DNA of 63,714 bases, filler included, from Catajapyx aquilonaris (lineage: Eukaryota), in NCBI GenBank assembly GCA_000934665.2. It is 2 parts of 2 records of this genome, joined end to end, with 100 filler letters (N's around TTAATTAATTAA, not from the genome) between each part and the next. Parts side by side here need not be neighbours in the genome. Positions count along the whole stretch, not along the records: positions 1 to 31,754 come from JYFJ02004491.1; 1 more part is not named here. The stretch is one strand, 5' to 3'. How positions within the stretch are numbered: position 1 is the first letter of the stretch; each line of letters starts with the position of its first letter. Shown piece by piece: positions 1 through 11,782 of this stretch. The notes beneath the pieces are model-generated. The model searched no databases. It saw only the letters and a list, made by a program, of their open reading frames with translations, and was not told the origin of the DNA. Both the position numbers and the translations under genes were made by a program.

Positions 1-147
1 TGTGTTGCGTGCTTAAATAGTGGTGCAAACGCAATGCGAGATGGGAACAGCAGACTGGTGACGTCACGTGACCAGTCGGGGTGCAAGTACATTTGAGAAC
101 AAAATAATGGGACCATGTACAGACATGTCCAAAATAAAATGGTCACA
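1..147 (-). mobile_element. Start of a Ty3/Gypsy 3' LTR (runs off the window), preceded by a purine tract
   Basis: Minus strand reads GAGAGGT then TGTGACC at 147, directly after an integrase tail. The same TGTGAC terminus is seen on the other LTRs here. Confidence 0.5.
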
Positions 148-149
148 AC

Positions 150-520
150 CTCTCACGGTGATACCCACATCACTGTAATCGTCCTCCTCATCATCGCAGA
201 AAAATTCCGGTTGCTTCTCGGAATGCTTACTCTCTGGTTTTGCTTTCTCAACCTCGGGTTCCCTATTTACACGGTGGTTTTTGTGTGACCCTCTGAGGGG
301 TCATTACCTCTGTGTGATCATCCTCCACACTCGTATCCCATACTGGCTGCGGGAAAACCTGCCTTTCTGTGTACTTTTTCAGCCGATTTACATTGACCAC
401 CTGCGTGACCTTACTGCCTGTGAGAGGCTTGATCTCAAACACTACTGGTGACAACCGTTTGATTATCCTGTAAGGACCCTGCTTCTTCGCTCCTTCCCAA
501 TGTTTTGTGGCCTCGGCCTG
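150..520 (-). pseudogene. Ty3/Gypsy integrase C-terminal (GPY/F) fragment
   Basis: W..GPYRIIKRLSPVVFEIK..QVVNVNRLKKY; homologous to 30492-31040. Confidence 0.85.
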
Positions 521-864
521 AAACGTTGATGAGACGGGGTCTGAGGTCATCAGGTGATGACCCGACTTCCGCTCACTTGCAAAAGATCGTGACGAGGGGG
601 CAATGTAAGTAAGGTTGGTGGTTAGACCAACTTTAGTGCTTCAATCATTTCAAATGAGACGCCCAAAACAACACTGTTCATAAACAACCATGTCATTTAT
701 TTAATTAATATCTACTTTCATACATACGTCACATAAAAATCCAACAACACTAATCCCTTCTTCCGCAGTCCCAACTAAAGGGCCGCAGTCATCTAGCTGT
801 ATCAATGAAGGGCCACTGGACCACCCCGTCCCCTTCTGGGTCACAACTAACTCACGGTCATGCC

Positions 865-1398
865 TGGGTTTCCTGGACGTGCGATAGGCTTATGGTGGAA
901 GTTCTTCCGGTGTCCTCTTCTTCTTTGGCTGGTTCCGGCTGGTTTGGCTCAACTCGTAGCTTTTCGACTTCACTCACTGCTGCCTCTCTCCAACTCTCAT
1001 TTTTTTGAAATTTAGCCGCTGCTTATGTAGTGAGTTTAACTATCGGTCTTCGGTCAGCTTGGTTGCTTGTCGCATTCCAGTGCTCCATTGTGTAGTCCGA
1101 TAGGACGCTTTCCTTGGATTAACGCCTCCTCACCAACAATAGTATCGGTGGTTTTAATTATTTCAATGTCCTTACATTCTTCTTGGGGTGGGCGCAACTC
1201 GAAGGACAATCAGCTTATCTCCTGAGCAACGCTCCCGTAGTTTGGACATTTTAGTTGAATCTCGTCGTGAGGGCCTTTTGTGAACAATGCCTTTACATTC
1301 CGAAGAAATTCCTTAAATTCCTGATCCCTTCTTTGACTTTTGCAAATGCCACCTTACATGCGCCCTCTCTTAACAAATGAGGACCCTTATACCCCCTG
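865..1398 (-). repeat. High-identity copy of accessory ORF 'Z' region (duplicate of ~10713-11235)
   Basis: Near-identical DNA over ~530 bp. Confidence 0.9.
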
Positions 1399-1544
1399 TA
1401 TAAGCCAAAAATGGTCATAAGATTGTCTTGTCCCAAGGTAGCGAATTGATCTCTATGTTCAGACGTTTGACTCCCAAAAGAATATTTCCAACATCACTCC
1501 AGCCAAATTACAAAACTTAGAGTATCTACATGATTGAAACAAGG

Positions 1545-1910
1545 AGAACCTTGGTGTTGTGGCGGGTTTCTGGCCCGCCCACAAAAATAAAACGGGGGAA
1601 TTACTTGGTAACTGGTCCCTAGCCGAAATGGTTTAAACAACTATCCAGGACAGCACGCTGCCCTAATAAGTCGACCCAACCCACAAAAGCAAAAATAAAC
1701 CACCCGTTGTGACTTGCCAGCCTAATCCGAATAACCCCAGGTAGAATAGACCCATGAAATTTCAGAGGCCAAATTCGCCTACTTATTTTTCCCCACACTC
1801 CAGATCCTCGCGTGGTTCAGAATTGAGAGACCACGGGAGTCTGTGAAGTGCGGCTGACAAGTCGCCTTTTCAGGCTCGTTCCCAAAATTGCGACTATGGC
1901 CCACAGCTGT
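1545..1910 (-). ncRNA. Conserved structured cis-RNA inside an LTR element, copy A
   Basis: Homologous to 19005-19365; several helices with compensatory changes; G-U wobbles form only on the minus strand. Confidence 0.7.
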
Positions 1911-2559
1911 AACTGTGGACCCGCTATTATCAAACATTCGTCGTATCACAGTACGACCCTGACTAACACGCACGACTCAAAATAACCTCTCTAACAAAAG
2001 CTAATTTCCCCAAATTCATCAATGCACTTTGTTCCAGTTGATTCAAAGTACTCCAAATAGGGGGAAAATAACCAACTCAAAACATATTAAGGATTCAATG
2101 CGATCCAGGATAACCCCACAGCTTGAGGGTTATGGCCACGCCGGTCAAAGACGCCGCCTCGGCACCAACCAGGCCCCGCCAATTCTCCTCACTAAATACT
2201 GGAACATGAAACCTCAAATAGTTTCTTACTGATACATATCATTACAACGAAGTCTCTCTTTTTTTATACTTGTCCCTAATCATCCAGGGACCAGCGGTCC
2301 TGCAGTTGTTTTATGATCACCTTCTTTCCCCGTGACACCTTGTCACTATGCTCTTTTCGCACACATATTCCAAGACTTGTCCTTCACACAAAAATGCACT
2401 ACGGTTCCCAAAACTTACGCTACAGTTACACACCTCATTGACAACTGTATGACCGTAAAAGTTGGAACGAGAAAACGACGTTGCTGCTTTCTCACTGGTT
2501 AAAGGAAGGGAAAAGGATTCTCTCTTCCAAAACTACTTACGCACTTTTGCGTGTAATCA

Positions 2560-2918
2560 AAATTGGTGCTCATGATTCAATACTGTTTGCTTTGACTCAG
2601 TCTCAACCTCCTTTTTCTATCATAAAAAAACATTGTCGCTCCAATCTCACTGCCAATGGAAGCTTACTCAGCTGCCCATGTTTCAAAGACAAAATACACT
2701 ACGGACGTGCTCTGAGGGTTGCTGGTGTGGGAAGGGGACAGTGTGGGATGAGTTGTGTTGGCCTCACGCAACTGTGCTGTCAGCGTCTCGTTACGTTCCC
2801 GTTCCACTAATAGAAGCCTCCTAAATCTCTCATTCGCCTGGTTTGTAATGTCAATTTGCCACTCGAGCGTCTCAAGTTCGGCACGTAAGTCATCGTCCCT
2901 TGACTCGCTACTCGTCAT
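2560..2918 (-). pseudogene. Possible degenerate gag N-terminus (coiled coil + F..FE.WA motif)
   Basis: First ORF after the PBS; heptad-rich, then FVFETWAAE..LPL, resembling Ty3/Gypsy capsid starts. Confidence 0.35.
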
Positions 2919-3282
2919 TATATCGTCTTTCCATATTCAGTGCCCACCGCATTACGTGCATTACTGACCGAGCTCCACCTGACTCTTTTTTTTTTTTTAG
3001 CAAATCCTGGTCAACGGCACCATCTTGTCGACCAGAAAGGTACTGGTCCGTCAGGTGGTGGTAATAATGCACGTAACGTACTGATGGAACTAATAGTCTA
3101 TTGACAGAATAATGAAAGGCAAAAATGTAGGCGAGCGATGGTTTTTGTATTATACACTTCCTGCTACTAACCTGTGGGTGGTCGGCCTCCGGTACGCTAT
3201 AAGTGACACGACAATTTTTCTTGGACAACACATAAGTCCATTTACGATGCCAAGTCGGAGACAGAAAACGCAGCGTATTTGG

Positions 3283-3300
3283 ATCCCACTTCTGACACCA
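3283..3300 (-). promoter_or_regulatory. Primer-binding site, tRNA-Leu
   Basis: TGGTGTCAGAAGTGGGAT, complementary to the tRNA-Leu 3' end, 2 nt after an LTR end (..GTCACA). Confidence 0.9.
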
Positions 3301-3302
3301 TT

Positions 3303-3969
3303 TGTGACGTGATTAAGTCGTACACAACAAATGTGGGTCCACTGAGTAACTGGTTTATTCACAAGGCAAACGTAAAAATAACAAAACATGAACGGGTCAG
3401 AGGATAGCTCAAGTATAAGGAGAGAAAGAGAGGTGTAAGGATCGGCCAGTCACCGGCTAGGGCCGCCGGCAAAAAGGCCTTGAACAATCGTGGCTCTACG
3501 GTTTAAATAGTCGGGGTGAAGAAACCTTGCATGATGGGATGAATCAAAAAAAGGGAAGGGTAAGAGGACAGAGAGCAAGGCATGATGGATATGGTGGGGA
3601 GAATACATTGATATGTACATGTGAAATGAACCTTGAAACAATGCGATGACTCTATGACGCACTATACTGCTGGGATACGTCGTAAATAAACAAAATCAAA
3701 GTGACCATGAACTGAGATTCGTGACAGTTCAAGAAAGTCAAAACAATTAATAAAATGATGGATCCGGCGATATCATCACGGAGCCGTGTGTGGCTATGTA
3801 TTCCCCAAGACGGAGTTGCATCCACGGTTGTGGGGCGGTAATTGGTGCTGGGAGAGTGTAAGTTACTACCGGGTATCTTGGTTGAGAATAATCTTCCAGG
3901 AAAGGAGGAAGAGGTGTGAAGGAAGTCATGATGTATGATCGAAGGAGGACAGAGGACTGATTGGCCACA
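3303..3969 (-). mobile_element. LTR (3' boundary firm, 5' boundary tentative)
   Basis: Ends GTCACA before the PBS; minus-strand AATAAA (~3355) and TATTTAAA (~3505) sit as in the other LTRs; TGTGGCC at 3969 is a candidate start. Confidence 0.6.
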
Positions 3970-3984
3970 TCCCGGCGTATGCAT

Positions 3985-5029
3985 ACGTGCGTATGAGATC
4001 AAAATTATTCGCTTCTCCCTGCAGGGGAATGGAAATGAACAGTCTGACCTTCGATTTCCAAACTGTTAGTTGAACAAGACATTGTCTGTAGAGTTCTCTT
4101 TGCTCCCCCGCTGTATCGGATACGACAAAAGATAGGCCTTTTGGCAAAACTGCCGAAATTTGATATATTACTTCGGAAAGCAAATCAGGGGGTACCAATG
4201 CCGGATGTAAAACACCCACGCTTGCCTGTTGAACTGCGGGTAACAAAAACGCCAGTGCATGTCTCAACTGTCCTATGACCGAATGTAACATACGAGTGCA
4301 CTTCGTTAAAGCCACATTGGTCAGGAAAGTAGACACATACTGGTTATACAAATTTATAAATATGTCGTCCACGTGAGCTGCTAATTCTGAAAGCTGATTG
4401 GCCACCTTATTAAGCGCCAAAGTATTATTCACCACCTGCGCGTTCAGCTGGTTGAGCACGGTCAACTGCAATTTTTGAGCATGTATGAGCTTATTCGTCG
4501 ACTGACGGAGAGTGTCAATTTCCGTATTCACTTTATTTAGATCCGATTGCGTTGCGGTCCCAAAAACAAACTGTAAAATTTGACCACCGATGTCCATCAG
4601 ACCACGTTTGGTCCGGGACGGTCCTCTATTCATGCCCAAGAATTTCTCCAGCTGCTTATATTCCTCCTGTACGAGGTTCATTTCATCAGTCAAAAATTCC
4701 AGTTCCTGTGCAAACTGGCTTCGTACCACTTGAAACCAGATGGGTTTGTAAATTTCTATCTGATTGACCTCCGGGAGGGAGTCATTACAAACATCACCGT
4801 GTGAGCGCAGTAAATTGCTAAGCTGGGAAATCTGAGTGGACACATTCCACAGTTGCTCATTCAGAGGAGCAAAGTCTAAGTCCAAAACTACATCCCAGCT
4901 GTTGTCCGTGTTAATGAATTGTCCTATTTTGACGAATAGAACTCCGGAATTCTGAAGTGATCCTGGAACGGGGTCTTGGGTTCGTATCGCCAGAATCCGC
5001 AGTAGGCAGGTAATCATCAGGAACCACAT
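3985..5029 (-). CDS. env: Errantivirus-type env / baculovirus F-like fusion glycoprotein, C-terminally truncated
   Basis: Signal peptide MWFLMITCLL; furin site RTKR; fusion peptide GLMDIGGQILQFVFGTAT; heptad repeat; upstream pyrimidine tract + CAG acceptor at ~5053. Confidence 0.9.
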
Positions 5030-5969
5030 GTTGATTCCCTTTTCTTTTCTTGCTGAAAAAGAACACACTTATGCTAACATGGATTATTCATGCATTCCTC
5101 GAGTCTTCTACGTTGCTCCATGTGGGAACTGCCTTACATATTGATTCTTCATCTCTTCACATATGCCCCCCTAAGGAAAATGACCACACTTATACCCATG
5201 TATAAGGTCATCATTTTTTTTCTGAAGTGTCTCAGAAGTCGTGTCATCAACTAAACGTAATTAACACAAGACGGTTGACGTTAAAGTTTTCCGATAGCCA
5301 AACCACCAAGAAAAGATACCACAAGTATTCACAGTATATAGTTTATTGCGTATGTGTACACAGGCAAAGGGGTTGCCTGTTTTAAACAGTATTAAAAAGA
5401 TAACAAACTTGGGGCTACTTACACAAGTTGGAGCTTCCTGTAGAGTCGTCCTGGAGAGAGAGCCCAAGAGAGGCGGAGGACGCTTTATATAGGGACCGTT
5501 TGCCCTTCAGAACAAGGAAATCCACGCGTGTTACATAATTAACCTTGGATATGCAAAAGCCAAGATGGACGGTACATCCGATGTACCTGCAAAACTTAGT
5601 TATATAAAGGTGACCTCTGTCCGCCCTTGAACAATACTAGAAGAGTACTAACTCACGCGTGTGCAAATGCTACGTACAGAAACAAACATGGCGCCCTCCC
5701 CGACAATTCACTTCCCTCTCCGGAAGAAATTATGGCCAGCGCCATTTCTCCTTTCACACTCATGGATAAACTGACAAAATTGAACATCTCAAATAACACT
5801 GGGAGAGAAAACTCGCACACCAAAGGAACAATAATCAAAAAATCCAAAAGAAGAGCAGAAGAATACAAGACATGACCGTGAAGGCAACCTTTTTCACTTC
5901 TTCTGTTTGGGCTCCCGGACCTTCCAGACCCTTCGTGGACCGGGCTGCCGTCGGGTCCCATAGGGGCGC

Positions 5970-6716
5970 TCAGTATGGTCCCGGAACCTCTTCTGCATCC
6001 CGGGAAGTGGGGTTCTCAGCTCGTGTGAGGACGACGGGGGGCACCCCTGTCGCGACCTCCTCCAAAGCTCCAAATTCAGTCAAGAAGTTGTCGTCGATGG
6101 ACTCCTCGAAGTCGGAACAGCTGCTCACTGGTGACCACCCGGGTTGCGGCGTCTCCTCGGTTGGACCCCGGGTCATCGGAGCGTCCCCACTGCCGGTTGC
6201 TGTAGGGGCTTCGTGGCTGCCGGCGGGTGGTTCGGTGGCGTCCTGGCTGCTGGCAGTCAGTAGGCCTTGGCGCCAGGGCTGTACCTGGATTTTTGCTTCC
6301 GGGGGCAGCCACCGCCAATCTGCTATCCAATTGCTGGCAACCCTCATCACCAACATTCCTCCATGGTACCCGTCCGGGGAGATCACTATCGACCCATGTG
6401 GCACCACGTGCCCTCCCAGTTGTAACGCGGTCGGGGACTGCACATTCCCCGCGGCGGGCGGCGGCAGAATGTACGTCATTACTGGGCCCTGTTCAGACGA
6501 GTAGTCCTCGTAAATAGGAAACAGGTACCGGGATGAAAACGGTAGGTTCAGGTCCATTTCGGGTACTCTTGGGTACTCGATCAAAGAAACAGTGGAGGAC
6601 TTTGCTGGAGGGTGACTTAGAACCAACTGTTCAAAGTATCGCTGGGCGATTCTCACGGGGCGTACGCAGAAGTGATTAGTACGACAAAAAGTCCAACCGC
6701 CTCCATCAACTGTCAC
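5970..6716 (-). CDS. Unknown accessory ORF 'W' with acidic/Pro-rich tail
   Basis: 248-aa ORF; core EDYS..PVMTYILP..L.LG....HGS..ISPD also occurs at 3747-3968. Confidence 0.55.
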   Translation of the reverse strand: MTVDGGGWTFCRTNHFCVRPVRIAQRYFEQLVLSHPPAKSSTVSLIEYPRVPEMDLNLPFSSRYLFPIYEDYSSEQGPVMTYILPPPAAGNVQSPTALQLGGHVVPHGSIVISPDGYHGGMLVMRVASNWIADWRWLPPEAKIQVQPWRQGLLTASSQDATEPPAGSHEAPTATGSGDAPMTRGPTEETPQPGWSPVSSCSDFEESIDDNFLTEFGALEEVATGVPPVVLTRAENPTSRDAEEVPGPY

Positions 6717-6852
6717 CTTGAAGATGCTGCATTCGTAATAATGTAATTTTACAAATGGCCAGAAGATCGAATGACCATCAACGGTTGTCTAGTGACAATC
6801 GTACGTGGTGGCCGACATCTTGGACCGGAGTCGTATTCCACTTTGCACATCA

Positions 6853-7120
6853 CTATTTCTCTCTCAGCACTGCACTACGAGGGCCATTAGGCAGGTTTTG
6901 AATCCCAGTTTCATCTTTGTCTATTAGTTGAGGGTGTTTCCTTTTAAGATGCACGAGAAAGGACTGAAAGTTCATGTACACCTTGGTGCATGACTGAAAC
7001 CAACAGGAAATTTTGAATCCCGGCTGGGAATTGTGTACCACATTAATATGGTGGCTTAACCTATATGTTATTACAGAGCAATGGCACCTGGGACATGAAT
7101 AAAGTGGCAAGGTTGCACTG
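6853..7120 (-). pseudogene. Tandem C2H2 zinc-finger fragment, probably the N-terminus of a DNA transposase (EnSpm/CMC-like)
   Basis: CPRC..H....H and CWFQSC..Y..F..F..HL...H. Confidence 0.5.
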
Positions 7121-7314
7121 CTGGCCATTGCGTTAGCTTCAACGTATGTGCTGTTGTGATGTGCGATGTGATGCCTGCTGTTGTCAGTAATATTATCTGA
7201 ACACGCTGCCATTATTCTGAAATTGCAGGAGTGCTTCAATTATATTCATGAAAAAGTGCAACTATAAAGACTCGTCATCGAACTAACAAGCATATGACGC
7301 ACTTCTTAACAAGG

Positions 7315-7545
7315 TCCAGTCACTCCCACTCTGCGTCCGAATACTTTGGCTATCCAAAATATAGTTCATCAGGGGGCTTTGTCGGCTTCCCCTTTTTATG
7401 TCCATCCAGGCTGGCCAGTTATCAGCCGTCAGCCTTTGTCATGACGTCCAAGATTCAATAATTTCCAAAGTTTAGCAATAGTTTAGATTCGGCTGTTCAT
7501 CCTCCCCTTGCCTCACAATGGTCCTTGATAGTCTTGTATCATCTT
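7315..7545 (-). repeat. Decayed ORF family 'Y' (duplicate of ~24572-24810)
   Basis: Clear DNA similarity over ~230 bp. Confidence 0.8.
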
Positions 7546-8355
7546 CTTATGTTTTTCGGAGGTTGATTGTCTTCTTTAATGGGTCTGTTGTTCCATCCTC
7601 GGACGTCACATGGTCAGTCCCTTTCCGTCATGATAAAATTATACCGTTGAATGGGTATTGGGTAGATGCATTAATGTAATTAGTCCTGTTAAATAATTTT
7701 TTGATGTACAGGCGTGTATAGTATTGGTATTGTTTATGAATATGACATATTATTAGAAATACCGTCTTTTACAGTTACACACACTCACTAACAAGTCGTG
7801 TAACTAACAGGTGTAACAGCTAACAGGGTACGATGGGGTACGATGGTCTGATGTCCCAATGAACAGTGTGGACCACTATGGACCTATGGTGATATTGATA
7901 CTGTATTACCTCTCATATTGCGGCACGCTGGTATAAAACGAGGTCGACCAGCATGCCGGTATAACCCAAGGGTGGCCGGCATGCTGCAATATCCGAGGTA
8001 GATTTCCTTAATTTTGATCCTTGACAAAAATTTTGGAATGTATTTGGTACTGTACTAAAATAATGAAGCTTGGCACTTTTAACTGAAAATGTTGCCAGGA
8101 AAGAACTTAACAATAACGATCTTATGGGAAATGTCAGGCAACAGAAGTGTCCTGGGCTGTATCCGCACCATAGAACATGGTGCAATGCATTCATTTCAGT
8201 AATAATTTTCACAGAGATCGTAATAATGCCGTGCTTAAGAGAACCTCGCCTTATACCGCCATACCTCGCTTAGACCGGCATGCCGGTATAGCCACCAGAT
8301 CTAGCATTTTTCAAAACTGGTCCACCTCGGTATTATATAAAATGCATGGTATTAA

Positions 8356-8880
8356 CTACACTTGCATGGTACAGGTTATTTGGATGATTCTATGAGTATC
8401 CAATGCGGCCGGAGGGTGCACATATCTGCACTCCACGCCTCTGGGGCAGATGCCCAGGAGATAGTCTCGGCATATCTCTGTTTGATCTGGTTTTTGAGGA
8501 GCCTTGTTTGCTCTTTTCGACATCGTGAAGGTATCCGACAAGCTCTTCAGATTTGCTCTGCACTTCGTGATGCAAAAACCCTGGCGTTACGCTTCCTCCT
8601 CTTCCTGCCCGGAGGAGGGCTCCAAAGAGGCACTCCTTGTCGTTCATCGCCTCCCAGTCTGCCTCCTGCCACTCATCCCGGTCTTCTTCTTCCTCCCAGT
8701 CCCTGAAGTCCTCCTCCGGATCACTCCAGTGTGGGACTTCCTCTTCTGGGTTTTCCAGGTCAACGGCCCCCACTCGATGTCTATTTGGTTGTCACATTCC
8801 GGACTTGGTCCGTCAGCCGGAAGACGACCTTCGCTGTCCTCTTTGTTCTTGTGTCGGCGTTGGGTTTTCAACCAACGATA
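8356..8880 (-). pseudogene. Acidic Trp-rich accessory ORF fragment followed by a CCCH zinc finger
   Basis: HWSDPEEDFRDW..WEAMNDKECLFGALLRAG matches 11783-12301; CRDYLLGICPRGVECRYVH = C-x7-C-x5-C-x3-H. Confidence 0.7.
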
Positions 8881-9728
8881 ACTGTCGTGTAGGTTCGAAT
8901 AATGTGGGAAGGCTGTATTAAAAGTGTGACTTTAATATGAGATATGTACAAATGTTTTCTACAACTTATTATGGTACAAGATACAATCTTTTTTGAAGTT
9001 ACGATGTCCCCAAATAAAAGTTAATTCTCAATCAATGTTGTCTTAACAAAGGCCTGGCCAATGCCAGCCTCACGGGTTAATTCTGAGCAGCTACATTCCC
9101 AATTGTGAGCCCTAGCCCGCGCCCAGGAACTCTCTTGTCCTGTTCCTCAAGTTACTCTTATTATACTGGGCTGTGCCTGACAATATGAGGAAACCCTCCT
9201 ATTGCACAAGCAAAGTCAGCATGTTTTGCCCAATGTGGCAAGACTAATACTCGTGTGGCTCATTAAGATATGGATTGCCAAATCCACTTGTAACATACCC
9301 CCCACCTATGCTAAAAGTTGTTCTTGCGACCTAGAATAAGTTTTAGCTTAACCCAATATGCCTATTACTGTTGAGACAACATTCCGAACTCAACCAAAAT
9401 TGTTTTGACAAGATTTTTCGTCTTCTTCTTGGTCTTCTTTTGACTTCTTTTGACTTCGGTCCAGCCTCGTCATCTGGTCCGATTTCTCAGTTGTATCGTC
9501 CGTTCTCTTGGCGGTGTCCGTTCTCTTCGTCAGTGGTGTCCCTCTGGTTAACGTGGGGACCTGTTGTTGTAACCGAGAAGGGCGTCGTCTTCTTCCGGAC
9601 TATGATCTGTCTGCTCCGTATACTCTATAATAACGATACATTGTTACAAATCACCGCAATATATGACCCCTATATTCCAGGCTAGGCAGTCAAAGGACAA
9701 TTATTAGTGCAACAGTAGTAACTATTCC

Positions 9729-10205
9729 CTAATCAGGGATATGACTCCTTACTAGACCACGGGGTGATCTACTCCGAGGCGCGTCCTCCTCATCTTCCGG
9801 CTCCACCAAGAGCCTGGCGAACCAAAGCTCGTAGATGCGGCCCGGAAATAATGCCTTCTTGACCACTCCTCTTCTTGCTGTTGTCTGCCAACGAGTAGAC
9901 GGTGCCAACACCCACTTTGGGTCCTCCCCAAAAACGTTGACTAGTTGTCGCCAGGACCTTGCGGTCCCTGTCTCTAACTCCAGGTGCAGGCCCTTATGAC
10001 TGGTTCTTAGTCCCGTCCACCCCTTAATGGGCCCCCAGAGGCGGATTTGGATGTCCACAGTCGCACCTGTCGTGCCTTCCCTGGCTCTGATGGTCAGCCT
10101 TGATCCCTGCAGTTGTATCTCTGGTCGTTCAGGCTCGCTGGCGAAGATCTCTAGCACCAAGACTTTGCCGAATTGGCGCCAGCTGATCAGGTGAGAGCTG
10201 CCCAT
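9729..10205 (-). CDS. p23/CS (HSP20-like) domain protein, copy 1
   Basis: ISWRQ..LVLEI..P.IQL..RL.IRA..LWGPI..LEL..W..L..P.WV matches the p23/HACD3/TDRD12 CS pattern; paralog at 14402-14827. Confidence 0.7.
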   Translation of the reverse strand: MGSSHLISWRQFGKVLVLEIFASEPERPEIQLQGSRLTIRAREGTTGATVDIQIRLWGPIKGWTGLRTSHKGLHLELETGTARSWRQLVNVFGEDPKWVLAPSTRWQTTARRGVVKKALFPGRIYELWFARLLVEPEDEEDAPRSRSPRGLVRSHIPD

Positions 10206-10514
10206 CTTGTGACTGTCGATGTTCTCCTGTCGTCCCTTTTCAAAACTACTGCCCGATAATGTCCAACTGACATTTGCGTGGCGTCTCACGGTTTTCTCTC
10301 TGTGATTTCCTTTTTACTACACTCTAACTGTATGTTTCCCTGAAACAAAGTCTCAACCTTTACTCTCGGTTGGACTAGACCGCCTACCCAGACTTGGTAG
10401 CTGTCTATTTTATTCCTTTGAGGTTGTCCCTGACTTCCTCTCTTGTGCTTTTTACTATGCACCTTCCTACGTAGGACTCCTTTTCACGTTTCCGCGACCT
10501 TTTCCCGGTTTTGC

Positions 10515-11430
10515 CTATGATTGGCTAACCTTGTGGTATCCCTGACGACACCTACTTAGATGCTGCGTGTCCTGTGACACCAGCTTGAAATTTCTCCGAA
10601 GACACGATTTACTTTTCTGCCTCTTCTGGGCATGCTCATTGCTTCTTTGCTCGCTGTCCCATCTTTGGTCATGCGCGTGCCTAATGACCCAACTAAGCGC
10701 GCATGCCGTACGTGTTTCCTGGACGTGCGATAGGCTGATGGTGGAAGTTCTTCCGGTGTCCTCTTCTCCTTTGGCTGGTTCCGGCTGGTTTGGCTCAACT
10801 CGTAGCTTTTCGACTTCACTCACTACTGTCTCTCTCCAACCCCCCTTCTTGAAATTTAGTGAGTTTAACTATCGGTCGTCGGTCAGCTTGGTTGCTTGTC
10901 GCATTCCATTCCAGTGCTCCATTGTGTAGTCCGATAGGACGCTTTCCTTGGATTAACGCCTCCTCACCAACAATAGTATCGGTGGTTTTAATTATTTCAA
11001 TGTCCTTACATTCTTCTTGGGGAGGGCGCAACTCGAAGGACAATCAGCTTATCTCCTGAGCAACGCTCCTGTAGTTTGGACATTTTAGTTGAATCTCGTC
11101 GTGAGGGCCTTTTGTGAACAATGCCTTTACATTCCGAAGAAATTCCTTAAATTCCTGATCCCTTCTTTGAATTTTGCAATTGCCACCTTACATACGCCCT
11201 CTCTTGACAAATGAGGACCCTTATACCCGCTGTAAGGTCCTTCATTTCCTTTCGTCCCTCGATGAAACGTAGCTCTCCAGTCCATTCTTGACGGCACGAC
11301 CAGTGAGTCGACCACGCCCAGATCGCCACTGGATGTATTAGGAATTTCCTGACGTTTACCTCAAATTTGCAAGAAATTCCTCCAGCTTTTGAGGACGGAG
11401 TGATCAAATTGGTACCCCAATGAACAGGCT
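10515..11430 (-). pseudogene. Frameshifted unknown accessory ORF 'Z'
   Basis: Overlapping minus-strand ORF pieces; duplicated at 865-1398. Confidence 0.45.
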
Positions 11431-11782
11431 AGAGGAGAAATTACCCCTGGTTCTATACTGTTGGGATTTGGGATTTTTTGGTTGTTCTTTTCGATTTTAT
11501 TTCTAATCCTAATGGTCGAGGCTATTTGTGGTCGAACTACTAATCAAAAACAATCCAATTGAACTGACGAGTCTCCGGGTACACCGTTGTTGGGGGTGAG
11601 GCGGAGTGACAGGTTTTACTCCCCCACATTCTGCAGCAACTATCACTCACCAAGAGCAAAGAGCATGTGTGCGCACCACAGCCCCCAAAAGAAAGTATTA
11701 AAGTTTTTTTTTTTTCAAGTTCGATCACCAATCACCTCTCTATTGCCTAAACACTGTTAACCTAGCGAACTGATTGCCACTT

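Noticed and set aside
588..733. Short solo-LTR-like segment GTGACG..CGTCACA
   Set aside because: No TSD and no second copy
5872..6504. Long plus-strand ORFs in the cluster (also 15720, 25286, 28246)
   Set aside because: Antisense shadows of GC-rich minus-strand ORFs
7360..7400. CTGATGA hammerhead core candidates (also ~13653, 23330, 25720)
   Set aside because: No matching GAAA/stem architecture seen
7935..8335. Imperfect TIR pair GAGGT.GACCAG with internal hairpins
   Set aside because: TIR is short and no TSD is visible; probably a decayed MITE but unclassifiable
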